Origin: Eledone cirrhosa
Taxonomy: Eukaryota
DNA: 64,000 nucleotides
Direction: 5' to 3'
Assembly (NCBI GenBank): GCA_964016885.1
Contig: OZ024742.1
Coordinates: forward strand, 147,188,001-147,252,000
This document shows positions 23,048 to 35,886 of this stretch, one piece after another. Below the pieces are notes generated by a model. It was not told the DNA's origin. It saw only the letters and a program-made list of their open reading frames with translations, and searched no databases. The stretch's first letter is position 1; each line of letters begins with the position of its first letter. Position numbers and translations under genes: made by a program.

Positions 23048-26000
23048 TCTTTGTTTCGTCCGCGGATGGCTAACATAACCCTATGTCCTCCCGCCCCCCA
23101 CCACCCCCACCCTCCAAACGCAACCCAAAACTTCAGAGTTGGTACCATAAATGTAGGCACCCTAAAGGGTCGCGCTAACGAGGTTGTGGAAATGCTTGAA
23201 CGTAAGGAGGTCGATGTTTGTTGTATTCAAGAGACCAGGTGGAGGGGTGGGTCTGCTAGATTCATTGAGGGTAAAAAACGATGTTATAAGCTTTTCTGGG
23301 TGGGAAACGACGATGGGCTGGGTGGAGTAGGAATCATGGTAGCAGAAAAGTGGGCAGATAAGATAATAGACGTAAATAGAGTGAACGACAGAATAATTAA
23401 AATAAGACTTGTCCTCAATAGAACTACGGTGACAGTAATATCTGCGTACGCACCCCATCCGGACTGCCCGGCACTATAAAAGACAGATTCTATGAGACAC
23501 TGTTGCTAACTACCTCCCAAATATCTGACAGTGACTATATAATTATTGCAGGCGACCTAAATGGTCACGTTGGACAACATTGTGACGGCTACGACGAAAT
23601 CCATGGAGGCTATGGGTTTGGTACTAGAAATGAGGAAGGCTCCAGAATCCTGGAATACTGTGATGCAAATAACCTAACTATCTGTAACACTAACTTCAAA
23701 AAACGTGACAATCACCTGATTACCTATAGATCCGGGGAACACACAAGCCAGGTAGATTATATCCTTACCAGAAGACGTGACAGAGAGTCTCTTGTAAACA
23801 CTAAATCCCTCCCCCATGAAGAATGCACCTCCCAACATAGACTGATAATTAGCGACCTCATAGTCAGGACGAGACGTACCCGACAGCAGAAGAGGACTAT
23901 CCTCAGGAGGAAAATATGGAAACTAAAGGACCCCACAGCCAGAAATAAATTTCAAAGCATATTACTTGATGCTTTCGACAGTAAGGAAGAGCATCTAGAA
24001 TCGGACAATATAGAGGGACAGTGGAAATTTCTGAAAGCAAACCTGCTGTTGGCGACAGACGAAGTCTGTGGCTGGAGCAGGCCTGTAGGCAGGAGGAGAG
24101 TAACATGGTGGTGGAACAGTAGGGTGGAGGGGTCAATTAAGGCCAAAAGGCAGGCTTGGAAAGTATGGCGGGATGGGGGAAGTAGAGTAGACTATCAAGT
24201 GGCCAGGAGGGAAGCTAGGAGAGAAGTGTACTTAGCAAGAAGGGAAGCTGAGGAAAGAAAGTTCAAGCATGTTCTACAACGCGATGACCAAAAACGTGAG
24301 GTGTTCAGGATTGCCAGGCAATGCGTCAAGGAAAACCGTGATATTGTCGGGGAGAAGTGTGTACTTAACGATGATGGCATACTTGCCATCACCGACACTG
24401 ATAAGAAGGTAGCTTGGAAGTGTCACTATGAAAGGCTACTAAATGAGGAGAATAAATGGGAGAAAGACAGTCTCCCCCATATCGACCCGATAGAGGGACC
24501 AGCAGTGTTAGTCGAGGGGAGTATAATAAGTAAGGCAATCAAGGATATGAAGACTGGTAAGGCGGCTGGGCCTTCGGAAATAGTTGCTGAGATGCTGAAG
24601 GCATCTGGCACGGTGGGACACACCATGGTCACCCGCATAGTTAACCAAGTCGTACAGAATGGGGTTGTTCCGAAGGACTGGCATAGCAGCATCATCGTTA
24701 ACTGTTATAAGGGTAAAGGAGACGCCCTAGATAGGAGTAACTATAGAGGCATTAAATTAATCGACCAGGTCATGAAGGTCACGGAAAAAGTAATAGCGCA
24801 ACTAATCAGAGAGAGAATTGATCTAGATGAAATGCAGTTCGGGTTTGTGTCAGGCAAAAGCACCACAGACGCTCTTTTCATAGTACGACAACTACAGGAG
24901 AAGTACCTAGCTAAAGGTAAACCCCTCTACTTAGCTTTTGTCGACCTGGAGAAAGCCTTCGACAGAGTCCCCCGCTCCATTATCTGGTGGGCTCTTAGAA
25001 AACTAGGCGTTGACGAATGGCTTGTGAGGGCTATACAAGCCATGTATAAAGAAACAGTCAGCAAGGTTAGAATTAACAACGAATATAGTGAAGAGTTTAG
25101 CGTAAAAGTTGGCGTCCATCAGGGCTCTGTTCTCAGCCCCCTACTATTTATAATTGCCCTTCAGGCTATAACAGAGGAGTTCAAGACAGGCTGCCCATGG
25201 GAACTCCTATACGCAGACGACCTGACACTCATAGCGGAATCAATGGCCGAGCTAGAGAAGAAATTCCAAACATGGAAGCACGGCCTAGAGTCAAAAGGAC
25301 TTAAAATTAACCTGGCTAAGACCAAAGTTCTAGTTTGTAGGAAAGAAAACAAGGCGGCGGTCCCTTCTGGGAAATGGTCGTGCTCGGTATGTAGGAAAGG
25401 CGTAGGTAGAAACTCCATCTTATGTCCTAAATGCAAAGTATGGGTGCATAAAAGATGTAGTGGGATCACAGGTAAGCTAACTAAGAACATAGACTTTACA
25501 TGTGGCCGGTGTTCTGGTGCAATAAGTAGCAGCAAGTGCCCACAAAATACTAGCTCTTTCAATTGCGCAGAGGGTTCTATAGAAATAGTGGACAGCTTCC
25601 GTTACCTGGGCGATAAAATCAGCAGTGGGGGAGGGTGCTCTGAAAGTACTGTATCTAGAGTCAGAACTGGTTGGAAAAAGTTCAGAGAGCTTATACCACT
25701 ATTAGCTGCTAAAGGGTTCTCCCTAAAAATGAAAGGCAGGTTGTACGATGCCTGCATACGAACAGCAATGTTGCATGGTAGTGAGACCTGGGCATTGTGT
25801 GCAGAGGATATACGCAGACTAGAGAGGAACGAAGCTTGCATGCTCCGCTGGATGTGTAACAGTAATATACGTGAACGGCAAAGCATAAACGAACTAAGGA
25901 AAAAATTAGAGATATGAGGGATCAAATGTTGTTTACTCGAGAGAAGGCTACGTTGGTATGGTCACGTGATGCGCATGAAAGTCGATAGCTGTATTACAAA

Positions 26001-26531
26001 GTGCAGGACAATAAAGATAGACGGTAGCCACGGAATAGGCAGACCTAGAAAAACATGGGATGAGCTGATAAACTCCGACCTCACACACTTACACCTCTCC
26101 AAGACAATGTCACTGGACCGTGACCTTTGGCGGTACTCAGTAACAGAGAAGACCCGCCTTGCCAGTAGGCATCTCTAACAAACTACACCCCGTCCCGCCA
26201 CCACCCCCACCCCATCCACACCACCCCGTTCTATGTAAAGTTATGTTGGTGCCGCGCCATCCAGGCCGAAACAAATGAGATCGTGTAGGTGTCACGACAA
26301 AAAAACACACAGTCCACGCTGTAATGTGGCCGTGTAGGCAACACGGTAAAAACCTCCCAGACCCACACTGTAAATGTGGTTGGTGTTAGGAAGGGCATCC
26401 AACTGTAGAAAACCTGCCAGACAGTCCTATGCGAGCAAGACAATCACTCTTGCCTCAAGTGGGACTACCCCCGTCCAAACCCATGCAAGCGTGGAACACG
26501 GACGTTAAACGTTGATGATGATGATTATGAT
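23048..26531 (+). mobile_element. Near full-length RTE LINE (family A): APE endonuclease + RT + PHD-like finger, inactivated by one frameshift and one nonsense codon
   Basis: ATG 23066. APE motifs [31 protein letters not shown]; RT motifs [64 protein letters not shown]. 1-bp deletion near 23460; AGA>TGA at 25915-25917 relative to sister copies; (TGA)n tail. Confidence 0.95.
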
Positions 26532-26666
26532 ATATATGTATATAGATATATGTATATATATATATATATGTATATAGATATATGTATATATATATATATA
26601 TAGATATATATAGATATATAGATATATATATATATATGTATATATATATAGATATATATATATATA

Positions 26667-26700
<34 letters not shown>

Positions 26701-26706
26701 GATATA

Positions 26707-28127
26707 TTGTTATACTTTGGGAGGGTCATGTTGTCAATAAGAAACACACGCACCAGTTGCTTTCACTTCAATTTAATTTATTATATATTTATAAATTTAC
26801 AAATTTATAAATTTCTGGTTGGTTGGTTGGTTCCACAACCAGATAGTTGTTTATATATATATAGTCATAGTTCTTTCGTCATACACTCTGTGACCTCTTC
26901 AGTGACTGGGGATTTCTTTCTTCGTTTCTGTGCCTTTCCTCTCTTCTATCCTACGCCATTTTGTTTGTGTGTGGGTTGCGTGCTCAGTTTGCGCATGCGC
27001 CACATCCGGGTGTCTGTGTGTGTTTGTGTTCATTTTTCTATTTTTCTATTTATATTTTTCTATTTGTTTGTTTATTTATTTATTTATTGTTGGTTGGTTG
27101 TTTGTTCTATGTGTGTGTGTGTTTTCATTTTGTCTTGTGTGTGTTTTCATTTTGTGTGTGTTTTCAATTGTAAGTTGTTTGTTCTATGTGTGTGTGTGTT
27201 TTCATTTTGTCCTTAATTGTAAGTTGTGATGTTGCTGTTCCACTCATATTTTCTATTTAATTTTGGTTTTAATTCTTTTATGCTTACTGCCTCTGTAATT
27301 TGCCTAAACATTGCGTCTTTCTTGTGTGTGGATTCTATTTTTATTTCTATGCTCTCTAATTTACCCCTGTGTTCTATCTTAGCATGTTGGTAGAGCACAG
27401 ATGATTCTTTATTATCTTGGAGGTCTCGCCAGTGTTCATTTATTCGTTCCCCTATACTACGAGCTGTCTCACCTATGTACACTATATTTTTGTTTCTACA
27501 TTGTCCTTCAGTACATCTTATGCTATATACTACATTTCTAGTTTTACAGTTAATATGGGGGCTTATTTTACAGGTTATACATTTCTTATCTATACATGAG
27601 GGTCTTTGGAACGGGTATGTCTTGCTAATAAGTGTTTTTACGGAGGTACCAGGTCTTTCTACTATCTTAATATTGAGATTATGTTTCTTTAGGGCCCTTC
27701 TAAATTTGTAGGCTAGTTCGCCTCTAGGGGTTGTATTGATGAACATTACACTCTGGTATTTATTGCTATCATACCATGAGTTTATTCTATTGGCCTTGTT
27801 CTTAGTTCTTTCTATTCTATTCCAAAATTTGCTCCTATACAAGGGGCAGGTCCCATTTATGTCATTATTTACCATTTTTTCCCATTTGGTTCTGGCTCCT
27901 TTATACACTCTGATTCTATCTCTCTGATTGTAGCCAGAGAACTGCATACGGTGGATGAAGTGTTGTATGTGTCTCTCTAGTTCTTCGGGGTTGCACATGC
28001 GGGACACATTTCTCATCACCCGTACCAAATCCGCAATCAGTATGTTGATTTTGGTATGGTCCGAAATGGCCGAGTTTCGGTGGATCAGATGTTTGGAAGT
28101 CATGGGTTTGGCATAATGGGAATGGAG
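26707..28127 (-). mobile_element. 5'-truncated Penelope-like element: RT thumb, Cys-rich linker, C-terminal GIY-YIG endonuclease, 3' pseudo-LTR
   Basis: ORF 28103..27213: HYAKPMTSK..HRNSA..TKINIL..LVRVMRNVS, linker C-x4-C-x2-C-x7-C, NVVYSIRC...YIGETARSIGERINEH...EAVSI..PKLN. Confidence 0.9.
26863..26907 (-). ncRNA. Minimal type I hammerhead ribozyme-like motif in the Penelope 3' region
   Basis: Minus strand reads AGTCA-CTGAAGA-G-GTCA-CAGAGTGTA-TGAC-GAAA-G-AA-C-TA-TGACT: stem I AGTCA/TGACT, stem II GTCA/TGAC, very short stem III, CUA cleavage triplet. Confidence 0.7.
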
Positions 28128-29083
28128 GGTTCTATAGAAATAGTGGACAGCTTCCGTTACCTGGGCAATAAAATCAGCAGTGGGGGAGGGTGCTCTGAAA
28201 CTACTGTAGCTAGAGTCAGAACTGGTTGGAAAAAGTTCAGAGAGCTTATACCACTATTAGCTGCTAAAGGGTTCTCCCTAAAAATGAAAGGCAGGTTGTA
28301 CGATGCCTGCATACGAACAGCAATGTTGCATGGCAGTGAGACCTGGGCATTGTGTGCAGAGGATATACGCAGACTAGAGAGGAACGAAGCTTGCATGCTC
28401 CGCTGGATGTGTAACAGTAATATACGTGAACGGCAAAGCATAAACAAACTAAGGAAAAAATTAGAGATAAGAGGGATCAGATGTTGTTTACTCGAGAGAA
28501 GGCTGCGTTGGTATGGACACGTGATGCGCATGAAAGTCGATAGCTGTATAACAAAGTGCAGGGCAATGAAGATAGACGGTAGCCACGGAATAGGCAGACC
28601 TAGAAAAACCTGGGATGAGCTGATAAACTCCGACCTCACACACTTACACCTCTCCAAGACAATGTCACTGGACCGAGACCTTTGGCGGTACTCAGTAACA
28701 GAGAAGACCCGCCTTGCCAGTAGGCATCTCTAACAAAATACACCCCGTCCCGCCACCACCCCCACCCCATCCATACCACCCCGTTCTATGTAAAGTTATG
28801 TTGGTGCTGCGCCATCCAGGCCGAAACAAATGAGATCGTGTAGGTGTCACGACAAAAAAACACACAGTCCACGCTGTAATGTGGCCGTGTAGGCAACATG
28901 GTAAAAACCTCCCAGACCCACACTGTAAATGTGGTTGGTGTTAGGAAGGGCATCCAACTGTAGAAAACCTGCCAGACAGTCCTATGCGAGCAAGACAATC
29001 ACTCTTGCCTCAAGTGGGACTACCCCCGTCCAAACCCATGCAAGCATGGAACACGGACGTTAAACGTTGATGATGATGATGAT
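28125..29083 (+). mobile_element. 5'-truncated RTE family A copy fused head-to-head to the Penelope
   Basis: Near-identical to 25570..26531 (EGSIEIVDSFRYLG...RLASRHL, 3'UTR, (TGA)n tail). Confidence 0.95.
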
Positions 29084-29098
29084 ATATATATATATATG

Positions 29099-29267
<169 letters not shown>

Positions 29268-29588
29268 GTATATATATATATGTATATATATATATGTATA
29301 TATATATTTGAAATATATATATGAAATATATATATGAAATTTGGTCCAGCGGGAAAAAGTTTATCATCAAAGTTTGCTGATAAATCTTGTGTTCAAGTGA
29401 GTGAGTAGTAAGCGTGACGCTAGGGGAGGTAATCCAGAAATGACGTAGCTTTGTCATTAAGCCAGTTGCCTCAACTAGATTGCAATTATACTCAAAAGAA
29501 CTTTAAAATGTCAATCACTTGTCAGTAATTCACTATGATCATTTAATTATTAGATAGTTGTTGCTTGCATTGCCTTAAAAAATAGTAG

Positions 29589-30550
29589 ACCAGATTGAAA
29601 AATGCGTACAGCAAAAGAAAGTAATATTGTTGGAATATAAACCTTTAAAAATACAGGACAAGAAACTAAAATAAAACTTTAAAGAATTGGACAAGAAATA
29701 AAAAATTTTACAATAGTATTAATGGCAAAATTTTTTTATTCGTTTCCTGTGCTATGCCCCAGTATCTTCTTTATTAGTGCATAATAATTGTCATGCTCTC
29801 ATTGTGCGTTGCCCTTGAGCGGTTGGTTCTGGTTGGGGTTGGTTGGCTGAGCAGTTCTGCTCCGTCAGAATGACCATTGCAAGAAGAATTGGCCGATGCA
29901 GCTGCAGGTCTCCTCCAAGAATGCACTTCTGGGCCCGCAACACCAGACGAAGATGGAGAAGACGACCGGGACAAGATGTCGACTCTGACCACCGACTACG
30001 GCACCTCCCTTAACCACCGGTCCTCCCTCCCTCTGTCCCGTCATCCCTCCAGTCCTCCTGCTCCCCCTTCCTGTACCAGAAAGCTGTGGCACGTATTCAT
30101 CTGGACTGCCGGACTTGAACTCAAGGACAAGATGCAAGGAGAAGATGGACGGGTTGGTCACGATCAAGGATGAGCGGGACGACAAGACCGTCCGCTGCTG
30201 CTCAAGATCTGTGCTCATGGGCCCATGGGTCCATTCACATTATGCATGACACATGAGGCGTGTCGCAGAATGATGAAATAGGGGTATGGTTATGGCCCAA
30301 TTGGTGTTCAAACCAGGATCAAATGATCCCCCCCGGTCTGACGACGACCTCTGAATGTGGATCCCAGAGACTATGAATGTGGAACTCGATTTTTTACCAA
30401 TAAAAATTTTGCCACTAATATTATTGTAAAATTTTTTATTTCTTGTCCAATTCTTTAAAGTTTTATCTTAGTTTCTTGTCCTGTATTTTTAAAGGTTTAT
30501 ATTCCAACAATATTACTTTTTTTTGCTGTACGCTTTTTTCTATATCTGGT
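29589..30550. mobile_element. Putative non-autonomous DNA transposon with ~150-bp terminal inverted repeats
   Basis: 29589..29740 is the reverse complement of 30399..30550 with few mismatches (GCGTACAGCAAAA...GTAATATTGTTGGAATATAAACCTTTAAAAATACAGGACAAG); GC-rich unidentified interior. Confidence 0.7.
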
Positions 30551-30701
30551 ATATATATGTATGTATATATATATATGTATGTATATATATATATGTATAT
30601 GTATATATATATATGTATATGTATATATATATGTATATGTATATATATATGTATGTATGTATATATATATGTATGTATATGTATATATATATATGTATAT
30701 G

Positions 30702-30750
<49 letters not shown>

Positions 30751-30758
30751 GTATATGT

Positions 30759-30808
<50 letters not shown>

Positions 30809-30865
30809 ATATATGTATATATATGTATATATATGTATATATATATATGTATATATATACATATG

Positions 30866-30912
<47 letters not shown>

Positions 30913-30925
30913 GTATATATATATG

Positions 30926-31333
30926 TCATCATCATCACCGTTTTACGTCCGTTCTTCCACGCTAGCATGGGTTAGACAGGTTGTCCTGTTGTGGGCAGTG
31001 TCTGGTCGGCTGACCATGCCTTGCTCATACAGGAACTGATCTGGCTTGATTTCTACAGCTGGATGCCCTTCCTAACACCAACCTCATTTACAGTGAGTGC
31101 TGGGTGCTTTTTCGTGGCGCCTACACGTCCACTTTACAGTGTGGGCTGGGTGCTTTTTTTTTGCCGTGGCACCTCCACGACCACCTTGCGGTGGGGGGAG
31201 TGGGGGCATATTGTTTATATGCTTCAGCATGTACCCATGGGAGGTCGGGTACCCTGTATTACTGCGTGACGCCAGAAGTCATGGTCGTGTGTCATTGACT
31301 TTGAGAGGTGTAGTTGGGTAAGGTCGGGTTTTA
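30926..31333 (-). mobile_element. RTE family B 3' fragment
   Basis: Reverse complement matches ~48540..48956 (DLTQLHLSK, 3'UTR, (TGA)n tail). Confidence 0.9.
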
Positions 31334-31350
31334 GTATATATATATATATG

Positions 31351-31465
<115 letters not shown>

Positions 31466-31556
31466 GTATATATGTATATATGTATATATATATATATGTA
31501 TATGTATATATATATGTATATATATATATATGTATATATATATGTATATATATATG

Positions 31557-31589
<33 letters not shown>

Positions 31590-31602
31590 GTATATATATA
31601 TG

Positions 31603-31649
<47 letters not shown>

Positions 31650-31706
31650 GTATATATATATGTATGTATATATATATGTATATATATATATATGTATATA
31701 TATATG

Positions 31707-31833
<127 letters not shown>

Positions 31834-31874
31834 GTTTATATATATATATGTATATATATATATATGTATATATA

Positions 31875-32578
31875 TCATCATCATCATCATCATCATCACC
31901 GTTTTACGTCCGTTCTTCCACGCTAGCATGGGTTAGACGGGTTGTCCTGTTGTGGGCAGTGTCTGGTCGGCTGACCATGCCTTGCTCATACAGGAACTGA
32001 TCTGGCTTGATTTCTACAGCTGGATGCCCTTCCTAACACCAACCTCATTTACAGTGAGTGCTGGGTGCTTTTTCGTGGCGCCTACACGTCCACTTTACAG
32101 TGTGGGCTGGGTGCTTTTTTTGCCGTGGCACCTCCACGACCACCTTGCGGTGGGGGGGGGGGGGGGCATATTGTTTATATGCTTCAGCATGTACCCATGG
32201 GAGGTCGGGTACCCTGTATTACTGCGTGACGCCAGAAGTCACGGTCGTGTGTCATTGACTTTGAGAGGTGTAGTTGGGTAAGGTCGGCTTTTATCACCTC
32301 ATCCCAAGTCATCTTGGGTCTCCCCACTCCGCGGTTTCCATCAACTTCTAGTGCTCTGCACCTTTTTATGCAGCTGTCATCCTTCATACGCATCACATGT
32401 CCATACCAGCGTAACCGCCTCTCCTGCACGCAGCATTTGATTCCTCTTATGCTCAGTCTCTCTCTCAATTCATTTATGCTTTGTCGTTCACGTATATTAC
32501 TGTTACACATCCATCGGAGCATGCAGGCTTCGTTTCTCTCTAATCTACGTAAGTCTTCCACCTTCAGCGCCCAGGTCT
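31875..32578 (-). mobile_element. RTE family B 5'-truncated copy
   Basis: [18 protein letters not shown]...[11 protein letters not shown]...GRPKMTW; near-identical to ~48256..48956. Confidence 0.92.
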
Positions 32579-32591
32579 ATATATATATATG

Positions 32592-32638
<47 letters not shown>

Positions 32639-32771
32639 GTATATATATATGTATATATATATGTATATATATATGTATATATATATGTATATATATATAT
32701 ATGTATATATATATGTATATATATATATATGTATATATATATGTATATATATATATATGTATATATATATG

Positions 32772-32802
<31 letters not shown>

Positions 32803-32865
32803 GTATATATATATATGTGTATATATATATGTATGTGTATATATATATGTATATATATATATATG

Positions 32866-33048
<183 letters not shown>

Positions 33049-33139
33049 GTATATATATTTGTATATATATGTATATATATTTGTATATATATATATATGT
33101 ATATATATATGTATATATATTTGTATATATATATATTTG

Positions 33140-33334
<195 letters not shown>

Positions 33335-33345
33335 GTATATATATG

Positions 33346-33376
<31 letters not shown>

Positions 33377-33399
33377 GTATATATATGTATATATATATA

Positions 33400-34015
33400 T
33401 TGTTATACTTTGGGTGGGTCATGTTGCCAATAAGAAACACACGCACCAGTTGCTTTCACTTCAATTTATTATATATTTATAAATTTATAAATTTACAAAT
33501 CTACAAACTTATAAATTTATAGCATAAGATGTACTGAAGGACAATGTAAAAACAAAAATATAGTGTACATAGGTGAGACAGCTCGTAGTATAGGGGAACG
33601 AATAAATGAACACTGGCGAGACCTTCAAGATAATAAAGAATCATCTGTGCTCTACCAACATGCTAAGATAGAACACAGGGGTAAATTAGAGAACATAGAA
33701 ATAAAAATAGAATCCACACACAGAAAAGATGCAATGTTTAGGCAAATTACAGAGGCAGTAAGCATAAAAGAATTACAACCAAAATTAAATAGAAAATATG
33801 AGTGGAACAGCAACATCACAACTTACAATTAAGGACAAAATGAAAACACACACACATAGAACAAACAACCAACCAACAATAAATAAATAAATAAATAAAC
33901 AAATAGATAAATGAACACAAACACACACAGACACCCGGATGTGGCGCATGCGCAAACTGAGCACACAACACACACACAGAAACAAAATGGCGTAGGACAG
34001 AAGAAAGGAAAGGCA
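33400..34015 (+). mobile_element. Penelope-like fragment: inverted terminal segment (33400-33518) joined to the sense GIY-YIG 3' part
   Basis: 33400-33518 matches 26707-26815 (antisense to the ORF); 33518-34015 matches the reverse complement of ~27526-26931 with an internal deletion in the TG-rich 3' region (YIGETARSIGERINEH...). Confidence 0.88.
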
Positions 34016-34045
34016 TATATATATATATATACATATATATACATC

Positions 34046-34358
<313 letters not shown>

Positions 34359-34389
34359 CATATATATATTTATATACATATATATATAC

Positions 34390-34550
<161 letters not shown>

Positions 34551-34551
34551 C

Positions 34552-34582
<31 letters not shown>

Positions 34583-34697
34583 CATATATATACATATATA
34601 TATATATACATATATATATACATATATATATATATATACATATATATACATATATATATACATATATATATACATATACATATACATATATATATAC

Positions 34698-34743
<46 letters not shown>

Positions 34744-34809
34744 ATACATATATATATATATACATATACATATATATATACATATATATATATATACATA
34801 TATATATAC

Positions 34810-34851
<42 letters not shown>

Positions 34852-34937
34852 ATACATATATATATACATATATATATACATACATATATATATACATATA
34901 TATATACATATACATATATATATACATATATATATAC

Positions 34938-34968
<31 letters not shown>

Positions 34969-34969
34969 C

Positions 34970-35014
<45 letters not shown>

Positions 35015-35021
35015 TATATAC

Positions 35022-35099
<78 letters not shown>

Positions 35100-35103
35100 A
35101 TAC

Positions 35104-35151
<48 letters not shown>

Positions 35152-35386
35152 GTATATATATATGTATATACATATACATATATATATACATATATATATA
35201 CATATATATATACATATATATATATATACATATATATATACATATATATATATATACATATATATATACATATATATATATATACATATATATATACATA
35301 TATATATATATACATATATATATACATATATATATATACATATATATATATACATATATATATATACATATATATATGTACATATA

Positions 35387-35418
<32 letters not shown>

Positions 35419-35419
35419 C

Positions 35420-35450
<31 letters not shown>

Positions 35451-35483
35451 CATATATACATATATATATATATATACATATAT

Positions 35484-35822
35484 GGAGGCACATGGCTTAG
35501 TGGTTAGAGCATTGGCCTTGCAATCGAAAGGTTGTGAGTTCAATTCTCAGACCGGGGGATGTGTTGTTTCCTTGAGCAAGACACTTTATTTCACATTGCT
35601 CCAGTTTACTCAGCTGTAGAAATGAGATGATAGGGGGTCCCTATCATTCCACTGCAAAGTGGTCGTGGAGGTGCCACGGCAAAAAAAAGCACCCAGCACT
35701 CACTGTAAATGAGGTTGAGGTTGGTGTTAGGAAGGGCATCCAGCTGTAGAAATCAAGCCAGAATCAGTTCCCATCCCACCCTTGCAAGCAGGGAAAAGCG
35801 GACGTAAAATGAAATGAATGAA

Positions 35823-35823
<1 letters not shown>
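35484..35823 (+). mobile_element. tRNA-head, CORE-like SINE with an RTE family B-derived 3' tail
   Basis: A box TGGCTTAGTGG, B box GAGTTCAATTC, CORE-like TCCTTGAGCAAGACACTT, then GGAGGTGCCACGGC...GGAAGGGCATCCAGCTGTAGAAATCAAGCCAG...CGGACGTAAAA and a TGAAA-type tail. Confidence 0.85.
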
Positions 35824-35879
<56 letters not shown>

Positions 35880-35886
35880 CATATAT

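Noticed and set aside
25915-25917. In-frame TGA in the RTE as selenocysteine or readthrough
   Set aside because: Sister copies have AGA (Arg) at this codon, so it is a private nonsense mutation or sequencing error.
28056-28733. 225-aa ORF as a novel fusion protein
   Set aside because: The N-terminal residues are antisense Penelope read into a truncated RTE frame; a chance product of the junction.
35484-35560. tRNA gene (also 42965-43040 and 53060-53130)
   Set aside because: A and B boxes are present but there is no clean cloverleaf, and the sequence continues into SINE body and tail.
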